From IMG/VR virus record IMGVR_UViG_3300048121_001678, positions 186,001-250,000 of that record: a stretch of 64,000 nucleotides of DNA; one strand, 5' to 3'. This document shows, piece after piece, positions 1 through 9,807 of this stretch (its first letter is position 1; every line of letters starts with the position of its first letter). A program made the position numbers and the translations under genes. The notes under the pieces are model-generated. The model made no database searches. It saw nothing but the letters and a program-made list of their open reading frames with translations, and was not told the origin of the DNA.

Positions 1-2
1 TT

Positions 3-215
3 TTTCCACGTAATGACTATTCACCTGTTTCAGACAAGTATTCAGCAGAGCACCCTGACGCACTTGCGGATGGTGATGATGAAGGTAGAGGTACCGGAGT
101 ATTCTTAGACATCCATAACTTAGGTGGTGGAACAAGTACTGATATCAACGAAAGAAACGATGATATAAAAATTAATAAGTATAACTACAAAAACGGTTAT
201 AAAGTAGAAGAATAA
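3..215 (+). CDS. partial hypothetical protein (3' end; runs off window start)
   Basis: Open frame FPRNDYSPVSDKYSAEHPDALADG...YKVEE* ending in a TAATG overlap with the next gene. Confidence 0.7.
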   Translation, partial: FPRNDYSPVSDKYSAEHPDALADGDDEGRGTGVFLDIHNLGGGTSTDINERNDDIKINKYNYKNGYKVEE

Positions 216-610
216 TGAATTTACAAGATACTCTAAGGTCAGTTCTTTTAGAAGTTGCATCAATGGACGATGTTCAAAATGCAATTAGAAAAAAACAGGT
301 TGTCACTATTTTTTACGATGGTGATGAACCAGGTGGTCGTGGTTTAAGAACCATAGAACCCGTTTGTTTAGGGACCTCAAAATCGGGAAATAGAGTATTA
401 AGAGCGTGGGACATGGAAGGTGCTTCCCACACTGCCAAAATAGGTGAACAACCCTTACCAGGATGGAGACTTTTTAGACTAGATAAGGTTATGACAATTA
501 AACCTACAAATGATTACTTTACATCTCCTAGACCTGGCTATAACTTTAATGGTGATAAGAGTATGACTAACGTCATCATTAACGCACAATTTAATAATAA
601 CGATGAATAA
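215..610 (+). CDS. stand-alone WYL domain protein
   Basis: RTIEPVCLG...LRAWD...WRLFRLDKV matches the WYL fold; no HTH domain. Confidence 0.8.
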   Translation: MNLQDTLRSVLLEVASMDDVQNAIRKKQVVTIFYDGDEPGGRGLRTIEPVCLGTSKSGNRVLRAWDMEGASHTAKIGEQPLPGWRLFRLDKVMTIKPTNDYFTSPRPGYNFNGDKSMTNVIINAQFNNNDE

Positions 611-1181
611 CGACTTAATGCAAAAATTGGCAATGTCTAAAAAAATTATGGACGCCTCTGACAATATTAAACCAGGACAATCAGGTGCCGGATTACCTAT
701 GACTGAAAATGTAAATGCGACATATAACATACCGCCAAATATGATTCAACAATCATCACCACAACAAATGTCTCAACCACAACCAGTGACTGAAGATAGA
801 ATTCAAAACTCTAAATTACCTGATGAAATCAAACAATTAATGATGGAACACCCAATCCAACAACCAGGTTTTGGTGCAGGTGGACCAGTACTTTCTAATG
901 ATATTATTGAAGGTGCTCAGAGATTAATGGGTAATAACCAAAAAAGTTCAGTTAACGAAACAAAAACAACAAATAGTGTTGCTACACCAAACTACGATTC
1001 GGACCTCAAACAAATGATTAGGGATGTTGTACGTGACACAGTAAGAGATGTTGTTAGAGAAGAACTACAAAACTCAGGAATGTTAACTGAGAGTGGTGTG
1101 AAAACAAATGAATCATTACAACTTAAAGTGGGTAAACACGTTTTTGAGGGAAAAGTTACTAAAATTAAAAAAGTAAAATAG
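603..1181 (+). CDS. hypothetical protein (Q/P-rich)
   Basis: Intact 192-aa ORF overlapping the upstream gene; no family recognised. Confidence 0.75.
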   Translation: MNNDLMQKLAMSKKIMDASDNIKPGQSGAGLPMTENVNATYNIPPNMIQQSSPQQMSQPQPVTEDRIQNSKLPDEIKQLMMEHPIQQPGFGAGGPVLSNDIIEGAQRLMGNNQKSSVNETKTTNSVATPNYDSDLKQMIRDVVRDTVRDVVREELQNSGMLTESGVKTNESLQLKVGKHVFEGKVTKIKKVK

Positions 1182-1236
1182 TCACCCCCTTTTCTTATTA
1201 CTATTTTTATCTTATACTTTTTAATAAATTAAAAGT

Positions 1237-2454
1237 ATGTCAAAGATAAAAGTATTAGTTTTACCATCTGACCGTACAGGTGTTGGTAAATTCCGTTCAG
1301 TAGAACCCCATATATTCCTACAACAATCATATCCTGAAGATTTTCATGTCGATATTGACTATGAACCAAAACTCAACGATTTAGAGTATTGGAAGAACTA
1401 TGATATGGTGGTTTATCATCGCTCTATTGGTCGTAATCCGAGCCAATCGATAGAGATTATTAAGATGTTAAATAGTATGGGTATTGTTACCGTAATGGAT
1501 TTAGATGATTATTGGTTACCAACAAAAGACCACCCCGCACATAATATTGTAAAGCAAAATAAGATACATCTTTCGATTATTGAGAATTTAAAAGTTGCAC
1601 AACACGTCACAACAACAACTACAATTTTTGCAAATGAAATTAAAAAATACAATAAAAGTGTTTTTGTACTACCAAATGCAATTAACCCTAAAGAACCTCA
1701 ATTCATGGAGGAAACAAAACCATCAGACAAATTAAGATTTGGATGGTTAGGTGGGTCATCTCACTTGGAGGACCTAAAACTACTTAAAGGCTCATTCAAT
1801 AGATTAAAATCGGACAAAGATAAATTTAGGTTATTTTTATGTGGGTTTGACATTCGTGGAACTGTAACTGAAATTAACCAACAAACGGGAGAACAAAAAC
1901 AAAGACCTATCAAACCACATGAAACTGTGTGGTCTGAGTACGAAAATATATTCACAGAAAGAGGTTCATTAATCACACCTGAACATAAGGAGTTCTTATC
2001 TAAGTATATCCCTAACGAAATATATACAGGAGAGGAAGAGCCGTTTTATACTCGTATATGGACTGAACCTGTTACTTCATACGCAAAAAACTACTCAAAT
2101 TTTGATGTGTCATTGGCACCACTAAAAAATCATATTTTCAACAGAGTTAAATCACAATTAAAAGTAATTGAGGCAGGTTTTTATAAGAAAGCATTAATTG
2201 CGTCTGATTTAGGCCCATACACAATAGATTTGACACATTCACTTAAAAATGGTAACTTTGTTGATGGTAACGCACTTTTGGTAAAAGAAAGTCGTAACCA
2301 CTCAGACTGGTCAAAATGGATGAAAAAATTAATCAATAACCCATCGTGGGCAGAAGATTTAGGTGAAAGACTATATGAGACAGTATCTAAAAGATATGAC
2401 TTAAATATTGTAACAGAAACAAGAGCACAAATTTACAAAGAATTAGCAAAATGA
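1237..2454 (+). CDS. GT-B (GT4-like) glycosyltransferase
   Basis: DLDDYW, FGWLGGSSH, APL...FNRVKSQLKVIEAG...ALIASD...PY motifs. Confidence 0.8.
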   Translation: MSKIKVLVLPSDRTGVGKFRSVEPHIFLQQSYPEDFHVDIDYEPKLNDLEYWKNYDMVVYHRSIGRNPSQSIEIIKMLNSMGIVTVMDLDDYWLPTKDHPAHNIVKQNKIHLSIIENLKVAQHVTTTTTIFANEIKKYNKSVFVLPNAINPKEPQFMEETKPSDKLRFGWLGGSSHLEDLKLLKGSFNRLKSDKDKFRLFLCGFDIRGTVTEINQQTGEQKQRPIKPHETVWSEYENIFTERGSLITPEHKEFLSKYIPNEIYTGEEEPFYTRIWTEPVTSYAKNYSNFDVSLAPLKNHIFNRVKSQLKVIEAGFYKKALIASDLGPYTIDLTHSLKNGNFVDGNALLVKESRNHSDWSKWMKKLINNPSWAEDLGERLYETVSKRYDLNIVTETRAQIYKELAK

Positions 2455-3152
2455 TAAACGTACCAAAAACAAAACTACTATTTTTTGATATTGAAACAGT
2501 AGGTATTGAAGAAGATTTTAAAACACTAAAAAAGAACCGACCAGAACTGGCAAAACTTTTTGAGACCTATAAAGGGTGGATTGTTAAACGTTTTCCCGAA
2601 GAGGAGAATAGTACAATTGACGAGATGTTTTATAATAAATCCGCATTAATACCTGAGTTTGCGAAGATAATCGTAGCATCTTTTTCTTTTTATACACCTA
2701 AAGGTGAAATACACACACAAACATTCTCATCAGATGAGGAGGTTGACGTATTAACAGAAATAAAGGGACTACTAAACAAAGTAAGTAAATTAGACTTTTA
2801 CCTATGTGGTCACAATATTAAAAATTTTGACATCCCAATGATTGGGAAGAGAATGTTAATCAATGGAATTAAACCACCATCATTATTACCTCAGTATGAC
2901 ACAAAACCATGGGATATTAAGGCAGTTGATACTATGGAGTTATGGAAATTTGGTAATAACTACTCTATGGCATCCTTAGAACTTATGTGTGTATCTATGG
3001 GTGTTTCATCACCAAAAGAAGGTGAGGTAACAGGAAACATCGTACATCAAACATATTGGGAAACAGGTGGTTTAGACCCGATTGCAAAATATTGTGATGA
3101 AGATGTAGATGTTCTTGCAAAATTAATAGACAAAATATATAACTTAGTATAA
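2451..3152 (+). CDS. DEDD 3'-5' exonuclease (PolB-exo-like)
   Basis: FFDIET (ExoI), GHNIKNFDIP (ExoII), YCDEDV (ExoIII). Confidence 0.85.
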   Translation: MINVPKTKLLFFDIETVGIEEDFKTLKKNRPELAKLFETYKGWIVKRFPEEENSTIDEMFYNKSALIPEFAKIIVASFSFYTPKGEIHTQTFSSDEEVDVLTEIKGLLNKVSKLDFYLCGHNIKNFDIPMIGKRMLINGIKPPSLLPQYDTKPWDIKAVDTMELWKFGNNYSMASLELMCVSMGVSSPKEGEVTGNIVHQTYWETGGLDPIAKYCDEDVDVLAKLIDKIYNLV

Positions 3153-3748
3153 TGGGAAAAATTAAAGATATGACAGAAGGTCTTAGAATGTTAAAAGACC
3201 TAAAAAAAGGATTAGGGGACATTGATATGAATGACCCTCAAAAAATGTTAGATTCAATGGGATTAAACATGGATGAACTTAATAAATCATTTATTGATGC
3301 GTCGTCACCAAAAACAAAATTAAGATACTCATATAAATCAATTAACAAAGAGCCTGAATATGCTTATGATACCGATTCGGGGTTTGATTTAAGGTCAAAC
3401 ATTAAAGTGACTTTAGGTCCATTAGAGAGAACTATGATACCCACAGGTCTTTATTTTGACATACCTGAAGGATATGAAATACAAGTCAGACCTAAGAGTG
3501 GATTAGCAATTAAAAAAGGACTCTCAATGGTTAATACTCCAGGTACTATCGACCAAGGTTACACTGGTGAGGTTAATGTTATCTTAGTAAATTTAAGTAA
3601 TGAAACACACACTATTGAAGTTGGTGATAAAGTAGGTCAGGCGGTTCTTTGTCCTGTGATGGCCGGTAAGTTTGTTGACTTACAAAGGGTTTTAAATGTG
3701 GAAGAAAAAGATAGAGGTAATAACGGATTCGGTTCAACAGGTAATTAA
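3152..3748 (+). CDS. dut: dUTPase with ~50-aa N-terminal extension
   Basis: SGFDL, QVRPKSGLA, PGTIDQGYTGE, VGQAV, RGNNGFGSTG motifs. Confidence 0.95.
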   Translation: MGKIKDMTEGLRMLKDLKKGLGDIDMNDPQKMLDSMGLNMDELNKSFIDASSPKTKLRYSYKSINKEPEYAYDTDSGFDLRSNIKVTLGPLERTMIPTGLYFDIPEGYEIQVRPKSGLAIKKGLSMVNTPGTIDQGYTGEVNVILVNLSNETHTIEVGDKVGQAVLCPVMAGKFVDLQRVLNVEEKDRGNNGFGSTGN

Positions 3749-3749
3749 T

Positions 3750-4136
3750 ATGAATACAGTAAGCCCAACATTACCTGAAGGAATCAAAAATTATCTAATT
3801 GATATCGATGGAACTATAACCGATGATGTACCCAATGAGGAACCTGAAAGAATGATTACTTGTTTACCCTACGAAGGTTCAATAGAAATGATTAATGAGT
3901 GGTATAAAGATGGTCATATAATTACTTTCTTTACTTCTCGTTCTGAAGAACACAGAAAAGTAACTGAAAAGTGGTTTGAAGAACATGGTTATAACTATCA
4001 TAATTTATTGATGAATAAACCACGTGGAGGAAACTATCACTGGATAGATAACCATATCGTTAGAGCGACTCGTTATAATGGTAAATGGACACAATTAAAA
4101 GATAAAGAAACAACAATACAAGTATTTGACGACTAA
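3750..4136 (+). CDS. HAD-superfamily phosphatase
   Basis: IDIDGTI motif I, FFTSR, KP..G; ATG at 3750 follows the dut stop. Confidence 0.75.
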   Translation: MNTVSPTLPEGIKNYLIDIDGTITDDVPNEEPERMITCLPYEGSIEMINEWYKDGHIITFFTSRSEEHRKVTEKWFEEHGYNYHNLLMNKPRGGNYHWIDNHIVRATRYNGKWTQLKDKETTIQVFDD

Positions 4137-6610
4137 TGATAACAATTGGATATAGTACAAAAAAAATAAACCCTGAGTTTAGAGATTACATCGAAAAATC
4201 ATGTGGTGTAAGAGGTGTTGAAGTAATACCTTTTGAAAATCCAGGCTCCCATTCACTTACCGAAGCATATAATATCATTCTTGAGAAATCAAGTAATGAT
4301 ATTGTTGTTTTATGTCATGATGACATCTACTTCGAGAAAAAGAACTGGGGTAACAAAGTGTTGAAACATTTCAAAAGAAATCCTGATTACGGGATTTTAG
4401 GTGTTGCTGGCTCAACTAAATTACCCACATCCGCCAAATGGTGGGAAGAACCTCGAAGAATGAGAGGTATTGTAAATCATGAGCATGAGGGTAAAAAATG
4501 GACATCTAAATATTCAACAAATTTAGGGAATAGAATTGAAGATGTGGTTTTAGTTGATGGGTTGTTTATGGTTCTTAATAAAAATAACATTAAAAAACCA
4601 TTCAACGAAGAGGTTAAGGGGTTCCATATGTATGACGTGGATTTTTGTTTTAGAAACTATATTGAAGAAGTTAAAATTGGTGTCGTTTACGACATTCGAA
4701 TCACTCATCTATCTATTGGTCAAACTAACGAACAATGGGAAAAAAATAGAGAAGAGTTTGCTGAGAGAAATATTAGGTTATTGCCGGTAAGAATAAAAAA
4801 ACATATGGATATTAATTCACCGATAAAAGTTTTAATATCGTCATTATTTTTTAAAACATTTACAGGTTCTGAAATGTATGTCTATGAATTGGCGAAGGAA
4901 CTTATCAAGTTAAATTGTGACGTAACAGTACTTTCAGATATTGATGGTCCACTATCAAAAATTGCGAATAAATATAAAATTAAAACTTTACCACACCACC
5001 AACCACCTGGTTATATTATGGGGGATGGTGTTATTGGTTTTAACACACCACAAGGATTTCATAAAACAGAAAAGGGAAAATTATATCGAAATGGTAATTA
5101 TGATTTTGATATAATTCATGCACAACACAAACCAATAACTGAAAGATTATTACAACTTTACCCTGACCGCCCTAAAGTATCTACGATACATTCTGAGGTT
5201 ATCTCATTAGAAGACCCGGTGATAGATAACACTATAGTTAAGTATATCACAATTAGACCTGAAATAAGTGATAAAATTATAAACCAAAATGGGGTTGAAC
5301 CTAATAAAGTTGAATTAATCTATAACCCATTAGATAATAATAGATTTAACACAAAAAACACTATAGATAAAAATTATATACTTTTTGTCGGTACAATTGA
5401 TTATTTACGAGAAAATACTATCAAAGATATTTCAGAATACGCAAAATCTCAAAGTAAAGAATTGTGGATTGTAGGTGAAAATAAATCTAATTACCTTTCA
5501 GAGTTAACAAAAGAAAACCACGTTAAACATTTTCCCCCGACACACAAAATAGAAAATTTTGTAAAGGAATGTTCTGAAACTGCGGGTATTTTATTAGGAA
5601 GAACTACAATTGAAAGTTGGATGTGTGGTAAACCTTCTTGGATTTATCAAGTGGACGATAAAGGTAGTATACTATCTAAGGAAAGAACTTTACCCCCATC
5701 AGACATCAATAAGTTTTATTCCTCTGAAGTGGCAAAAAAAATTAAGTCTATATATATCGATTCGTTAAATGAATGGGAAAACCTCTTAGACGAAAAAGAT
5801 AAGTTAAATAATGAAAAAATGATTTTTAATGGTAGAAAAATTAAATCTAACAATGTGACTAATTGGGGAGATTTGGTACCATATAAGATTATTAATTCTT
5901 TGTTTGACCACGACATATCAGAAGAAGATGTATTCAATGTCAGACAACCAAATAAAAACTATTCAGTGTACTCAACTGGTAGTGTGATGCATTTCACAAA
6001 AAAAGACAGCGTAGTATGGGGTACCGGATGTATTAAAGAAAATGCAGTTGGAGAAAAACCAAAAAAAGTTTATGCAGTAAGAGGTCCTTTAACCAGACAG
6101 GAACTCCTTAAAAAAGGAATAGAATGTCCTGAAATATACGGTGACCCAGCACTATTGTACCCAATGATTTATAACCCAACTATCGAAAAGAAATATAAAT
6201 GGGGTATCATACCTCATTACATTGAATTTGAATCAGACGAAGACTTAAAGGTCCTAAAAAACTTGGAAAAACAAGGTTTTAAAATTATTGATATCTGCTC
6301 GGGAGAGAAAGAGTTTATCGACCAATTATTAGAAGTTGAAAATGTAATATCTTCAAGTTTACACGGACTAATAGTTGCGGATACATACGGCATACCGAAT
6401 GCGAGAGTCAATATTTCAAATAAATTAATCGGTGGTAATTTTAAGTTTAAGGACTATTGTTTATCTGTTAGTAGAAAAATTGATTTAGGTTATCAATTAA
6501 ATTGTGAAACCACATTAGACGAAATATCGCAGATACATTTTAACACTTCAATAGTATTTGATAAAGATAAATTAATAAAATCAAATCCTTGGAATGTTAG
6601 AAATATCTAA
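4136..6610 (+). CDS. fusion of GT2-like, GT4-like and polysaccharide pyruvyltransferase domains
   Basis: N-term LCHDD/GFHMYDVDF; middle FTGSEMYVYELAKEL...GRTTIE; C-term NWGD, AVRGPLTR, GDPALL, SSSLHGLIVAD. Confidence 0.8.
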   Translation: MITIGYSTKKINPEFRDYIEKSCGVRGVEVIPFENPGSHSLTEAYNIILEKSSNDIVVLCHDDIYFEKKNWGNKVLKHFKRNPDYGILGVAGSTKLPTSAKWWEEPRRMRGIVNHEHEGKKWTSKYSTNLGNRIEDVVLVDGLFMVLNKNNIKKPFNEEVKGFHMYDVDFCFRNYIEEVKIGVVYDIRITHLSIGQTNEQWEKNREEFAERNIRLLPVRIKKHMDINSPIKVLISSLFFKTFTGSEMYVYELAKELIKLNCDVTVLSDIDGPLSKIANKYKIKTLPHHQPPGYIMGDGVIGFNTPQGFHKTEKGKLYRNGNYDFDIIHAQHKPITERLLQLYPDRPKVSTIHSEVISLEDPVIDNTIVKYITIRPEISDKIINQNGVEPNKVELIYNPLDNNRFNTKNTIDKNYILFVGTIDYLRENTIKDISEYAKSQSKELWIVGENKSNYLSELTKENHVKHFPPTHKIENFVKECSETAGILLGRTTIESWMCGKPSWIYQVDDKGSILSKERTLPPSDINKFYSSEVAKKIKSIYIDSLNEWENLLDEKDKLNNEKMIFNGRKIKSNNVTNWGDLVPYKIINSLFDHDISEEDVFNVRQPNKNYSVYSTGSVMHFTKKDSVVWGTGCIKENAVGEKPKKVYAVRGPLTRQELLKKGIECPEIYGDPALLYPMIYNPTIEKKYKWGIIPHYIEFESDEDLKVLKNLEKQGFKIIDICSGEKEFIDQLLEVENVISSSLHGLIVADTYGIPNARVNISNKLIGGNFKFKDYCLSVSRKIDLGYQLNCETTLDEISQIHFNTSIVFDKDKLIKSNPWNVRNI

Positions 6611-7235
6611 AGTACCCATAGTTTTACATAGTATGGATTCTTATAGCAAGTTTTGGAATAATTGGTTTTTACTATTTAAAAAATTTTGTATTAACCACGG
6701 TCCGATATTTTTCTTATCTGAAGAAAAAGAACCTGACTTTGTTAGTGATGTGACACATATAAAAACAGGTAAAGGTGAATGGGGAGAGAGACTCATATAT
6801 GGGTTATCTAAAATAGATAGCGATTTAGTTATATATATGCAAGAGGACTTTTGGTGTGTCAATGAATTGATTTTAAATGATACTTACATAAAATTATTTA
6901 AAGATTTAAATATGTCTCAGTTACACATAAAGGGTCTACCAGTCGAAGTTAAACGCCACTTATCCCTTACAAATATTGAGGGTAACTTATATAAATTTAA
7001 CCAAGATTCGAATTACACACAAAACCACCAATTTGGTTTATGGAAAAAAAATAAGTTACTTGATAATATTTTACCATACGAGAATCCTTGGGATAATGAA
7101 ATAAATGGCACAAAAAGACTTAACAAAAACCCTCACAATATCTATATTATTAACCATGAGTGGTACACAACAGTATCAAGGAAAGGTCAATTAATGAAGA
7201 GAGGAAAAGAAATAATAAAAAAATATAATTTATGA
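6594..7235 (+). CDS. putative glycosyltransferase-like protein
   Basis: W..RL...L, YMQEDFW and PWDNE motifs; located in the sugar cluster. Confidence 0.5.
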   Translation: MLEISKVPIVLHSMDSYSKFWNNWFLLFKKFCINHGPIFFLSEEKEPDFVSDVTHIKTGKGEWGERLIYGLSKIDSDLVIYMQEDFWCVNELILNDTYIKLFKDLNMSQLHIKGLPVEVKRHLSLTNIEGNLYKFNQDSNYTQNHQFGLWKKNKLLDNILPYENPWDNEINGTKRLNKNPHNIYIINHEWYTTVSRKGQLMKRGKEIIKKYNL

Positions 7236-7798
7236 AACATTTTTATGAGAATTTACATGGCTGGTTTAATAATGGTTATCCAGGTGCGTATGAAAAAATA
7301 TTTACACATTTTAAAACTGAACCAACACATATAGTTGAGTTAGGTGTATGGCAAGGTAAGAGTTCAGCATATTTAGGCGTTGAGTTATTTAATCACGGGT
7401 GGGTTAATGTTAAAGTTGACTTAATAGACCATTTTAATGGTTCTGAAGAACATCAAAACAGTTCGATATGGGATAACTCAAATATATATGATAAAACAGT
7501 TAATAACCTACAACCACTAAAAGGTAAAATTAATTATGAGATAATTAATTTAGATTCTAAAAACGCATCATTAAAATATGAAGATGAAAGCTTAGACTTT
7601 ATTTTTATTGATGCTTCTCATGATTATAAATCTGTTAAAGAGGATATTGAACTATGGTACCCTAAAATTAAAAAAGGTGGTATTATTAGTGGTGACGACT
7701 ACTGCTCCGATTGGAAATCTGTAATACAAGCAGTTGACGAGGCTTTCGGAAAAAGAGTAGTTTTTTTAGAGAATAAACACTGGTGGGTTGAAAAATAA
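7232..7798 (+). CDS. class I SAM methyltransferase (Methyltransf_24-like)
   Basis: VELGVWQGKS, FIFIDASHDY, GGIISGDDY. Confidence 0.85.
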   Translation: MKHFYENLHGWFNNGYPGAYEKIFTHFKTEPTHIVELGVWQGKSSAYLGVELFNHGWVNVKVDLIDHFNGSEEHQNSSIWDNSNIYDKTVNNLQPLKGKINYEIINLDSKNASLKYEDESLDFIFIDASHDYKSVKEDIELWYPKIKKGGIISGDDYCSDWKSVIQAVDEAFGKRVVFLENKHWWVEK

Positions 7799-7806
7799 AA
7801 ACACTT

Positions 7807-8451
7807 ATGTCTAAAGGAGTTTATAGAAATACCGAAGAGTTTGAGGAAAGATTGTCTCACTATACCGGTGCAAAATATGTTGTAACCGTGGATAATATGA
7901 GTAACGGTTTATTTCTATCACTATATTATGAACATTATGTTAATAAGACGATAAAAACCGATACAATAATAATACCCAATAGAACTTATCCATCAGTCCC
8001 ATGCGAAATAATTCATGCAGGTTTAAAGGTTGGTTGGGACATAGTTGATGGTGAAACGATAACGGGGTCATACCAACTAAAAGGTTCGAATATATGGGAC
8101 TCTGCGTTATCTTTCACGTCTGATATGTATAAACCTAACACACATATGTGTATTTCTTTTACAGGTCCATATAAACACTTTAAATTATCGAAAGGTGGTG
8201 CAATATTAACCGACGATTTAAAGGCATATCATTGGTTTAAAAGGGCCAGATATTCTGGTAGACGAGAATGTTCCTATCATGATGATAATTTAGATATGTT
8301 AGGATGGAACTTTTATATGATGCCTGAGTTATCGGCTAGAGGATTATTACTAATGAATCAATTTTATAATATGGACGGGACTAAAAAACAACAAAAAGAT
8401 TTGACGTTACCTTACCCTGATTTATCAAAATTTAAAATATACCAACAATGA
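7807..8451 (+). CDS. short DegT/DnrJ/EryC1/StrS-type sugar aminotransferase
   Basis: FEERL..YTGAKY, TYPSVP, SFTGPYK (PLP Lys), GGAILTDD, GWNFYM. Confidence 0.75.
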   Translation: MSKGVYRNTEEFEERLSHYTGAKYVVTVDNMSNGLFLSLYYEHYVNKTIKTDTIIIPNRTYPSVPCEIIHAGLKVGWDIVDGETITGSYQLKGSNIWDSALSFTSDMYKPNTHMCISFTGPYKHFKLSKGGAILTDDLKAYHWFKRARYSGRRECSYHDDNLDMLGWNFYMMPELSARGLLLMNQFYNMDGTKKQQKDLTLPYPDLSKFKIYQQ

Positions 8452-9035
8452 AAAAGGCATTAATTGGATATGGTGGTCACGCACGTGAGGTTATGGCTCA
8501 AATGGGTACTAAACTAACGTGTTTTGTGGATGATGAATATGTGACAGAATATACTAAACCTATCTCCGAATTTAATCCTTTAGAATATACCCTAATGGTT
8601 GCAATTGCAGATTCTACCGATAGATTTAATATGATACAAAGACTACCTAAAGAAACTAAATTTTTTACATTTATTCATAAAACTTCACAAATTATAGGTG
8701 ATGATGTAATAATTGGTGAAGGTAGTTTTATTGGTGCTAATTCAATACTAACAACTAATATTAAACTAGGGAAACATACGATACTAAATAGAGGTAATCA
8801 CGTAGGTCACGATACTATTATTGGTGATTATTTTAGTGCGATGCCAGGGGCAATAATATCAGGAAATGTAAACATAGGTAATTGTGTTTATATAGGTACA
8901 AACTCATCTGTTAGGGAAAAAATAAATATAACAAGTAATACTATATTAGGTCTTAATTCTGGTGTAGTAAAAGATATAAGTATTGAAGGAACTTATGGGG
9001 GGTGTCCAGTTAAATTATTAAATTATGGAGAGTAA
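8448..9035 (+). CDS. PglD/NeuD-type sugar acetyltransferase
   Basis: GYGGHAREV, hexapeptide repeats, VGHD. Confidence 0.85.
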   Translation: MKKALIGYGGHAREVMAQMGTKLTCFVDDEYVTEYTKPISEFNPLEYTLMVAIADSTDRFNMIQRLPKETKFFTFIHKTSQIIGDDVIIGEGSFIGANSILTTNIKLGKHTILNRGNHVGHDTIIGDYFSAMPGAIISGNVNIGNCVYIGTNSSVREKINITSNTILGLNSGVVKDISIEGTYGGCPVKLLNYGE

Positions 9036-9804
9036 CTACCTTAATCCGTCTTTGACTGATTTAGAAACCGTTAAATTAATTAAAGAAAAAATCGAAAGTA
9101 ATACCCCGTTCGCACTAACAAGATTTGGTGATGGTGAAATATATATATTAAATAGAAATGCTAGTGAACATTTTTTGAAAAAAAACCTAAATGAATGGGG
9201 GTATAATTATCCATCTCAGATTAATGAATTTTATGATGATGCTAATACCATATTAAAAAGGTCAATAGTACTATCGGATGTTATTGGGTTAATGAACCCT
9301 AATTGTGTAATTGCAAAACATATTAATTACAAGAGTAGTGTGTGGTCTTTGAAAAAGGAGGATATTGTATCTTTCGGGGCCGATATATCAAAATTGAAGA
9401 TATGTAATCACATGATTAGTAGAAGTGAAATTATGGGTTCCCTACAAGGATTTAAAAACATAATACAAGGTAAAAGTTTTCATATTATTTCTCGTAATAC
9501 TAATGAAATGAAAAATAGAAAATTAGAAGACCTATTTAATGTGAAAATTACTTATACTCATCACCCTAACAATATTAATTTTAACAATAGAGAGGACTTC
9601 ATTAGTGGATTTAAAGACATAAAAGAGGATATCGTAATTATGGGTGTGGGACTACAAAAAGATTATGGTATAATTTTAAGAGATAATTATGGTAAGATTG
9701 CTTTAGATATGGGAGCCACTATGGATGCGTGGTCAGGTATAATTAGTCGACCGTGGTTTAATAATGGAAACTTACAAGATTACTTAATTCTAAAAAATAA
9801 TTAA
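9025..9804 (+). CDS. GT-D fold (DUF1792-like) glycosyltransferase
   Basis: LTRFGDGE and ALDMGATMDAW motifs. Confidence 0.65.
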   Translation: MESNYLNPSLTDLETVKLIKEKIESNTPFALTRFGDGEIYILNRNASEHFLKKNLNEWGYNYPSQINEFYDDANTILKRSIVLSDVIGLMNPNCVIAKHINYKSSVWSLKKEDIVSFGADISKLKICNHMISRSEIMGSLQGFKNIIQGKSFHIISRNTNEMKNRKLEDLFNVKITYTHHPNNINFNNREDFISGFKDIKEDIVIMGVGLQKDYGIILRDNYGKIALDMGATMDAWSGIISRPWFNNGNLQDYLILKNN

Positions 9805-9807
9805 ATA

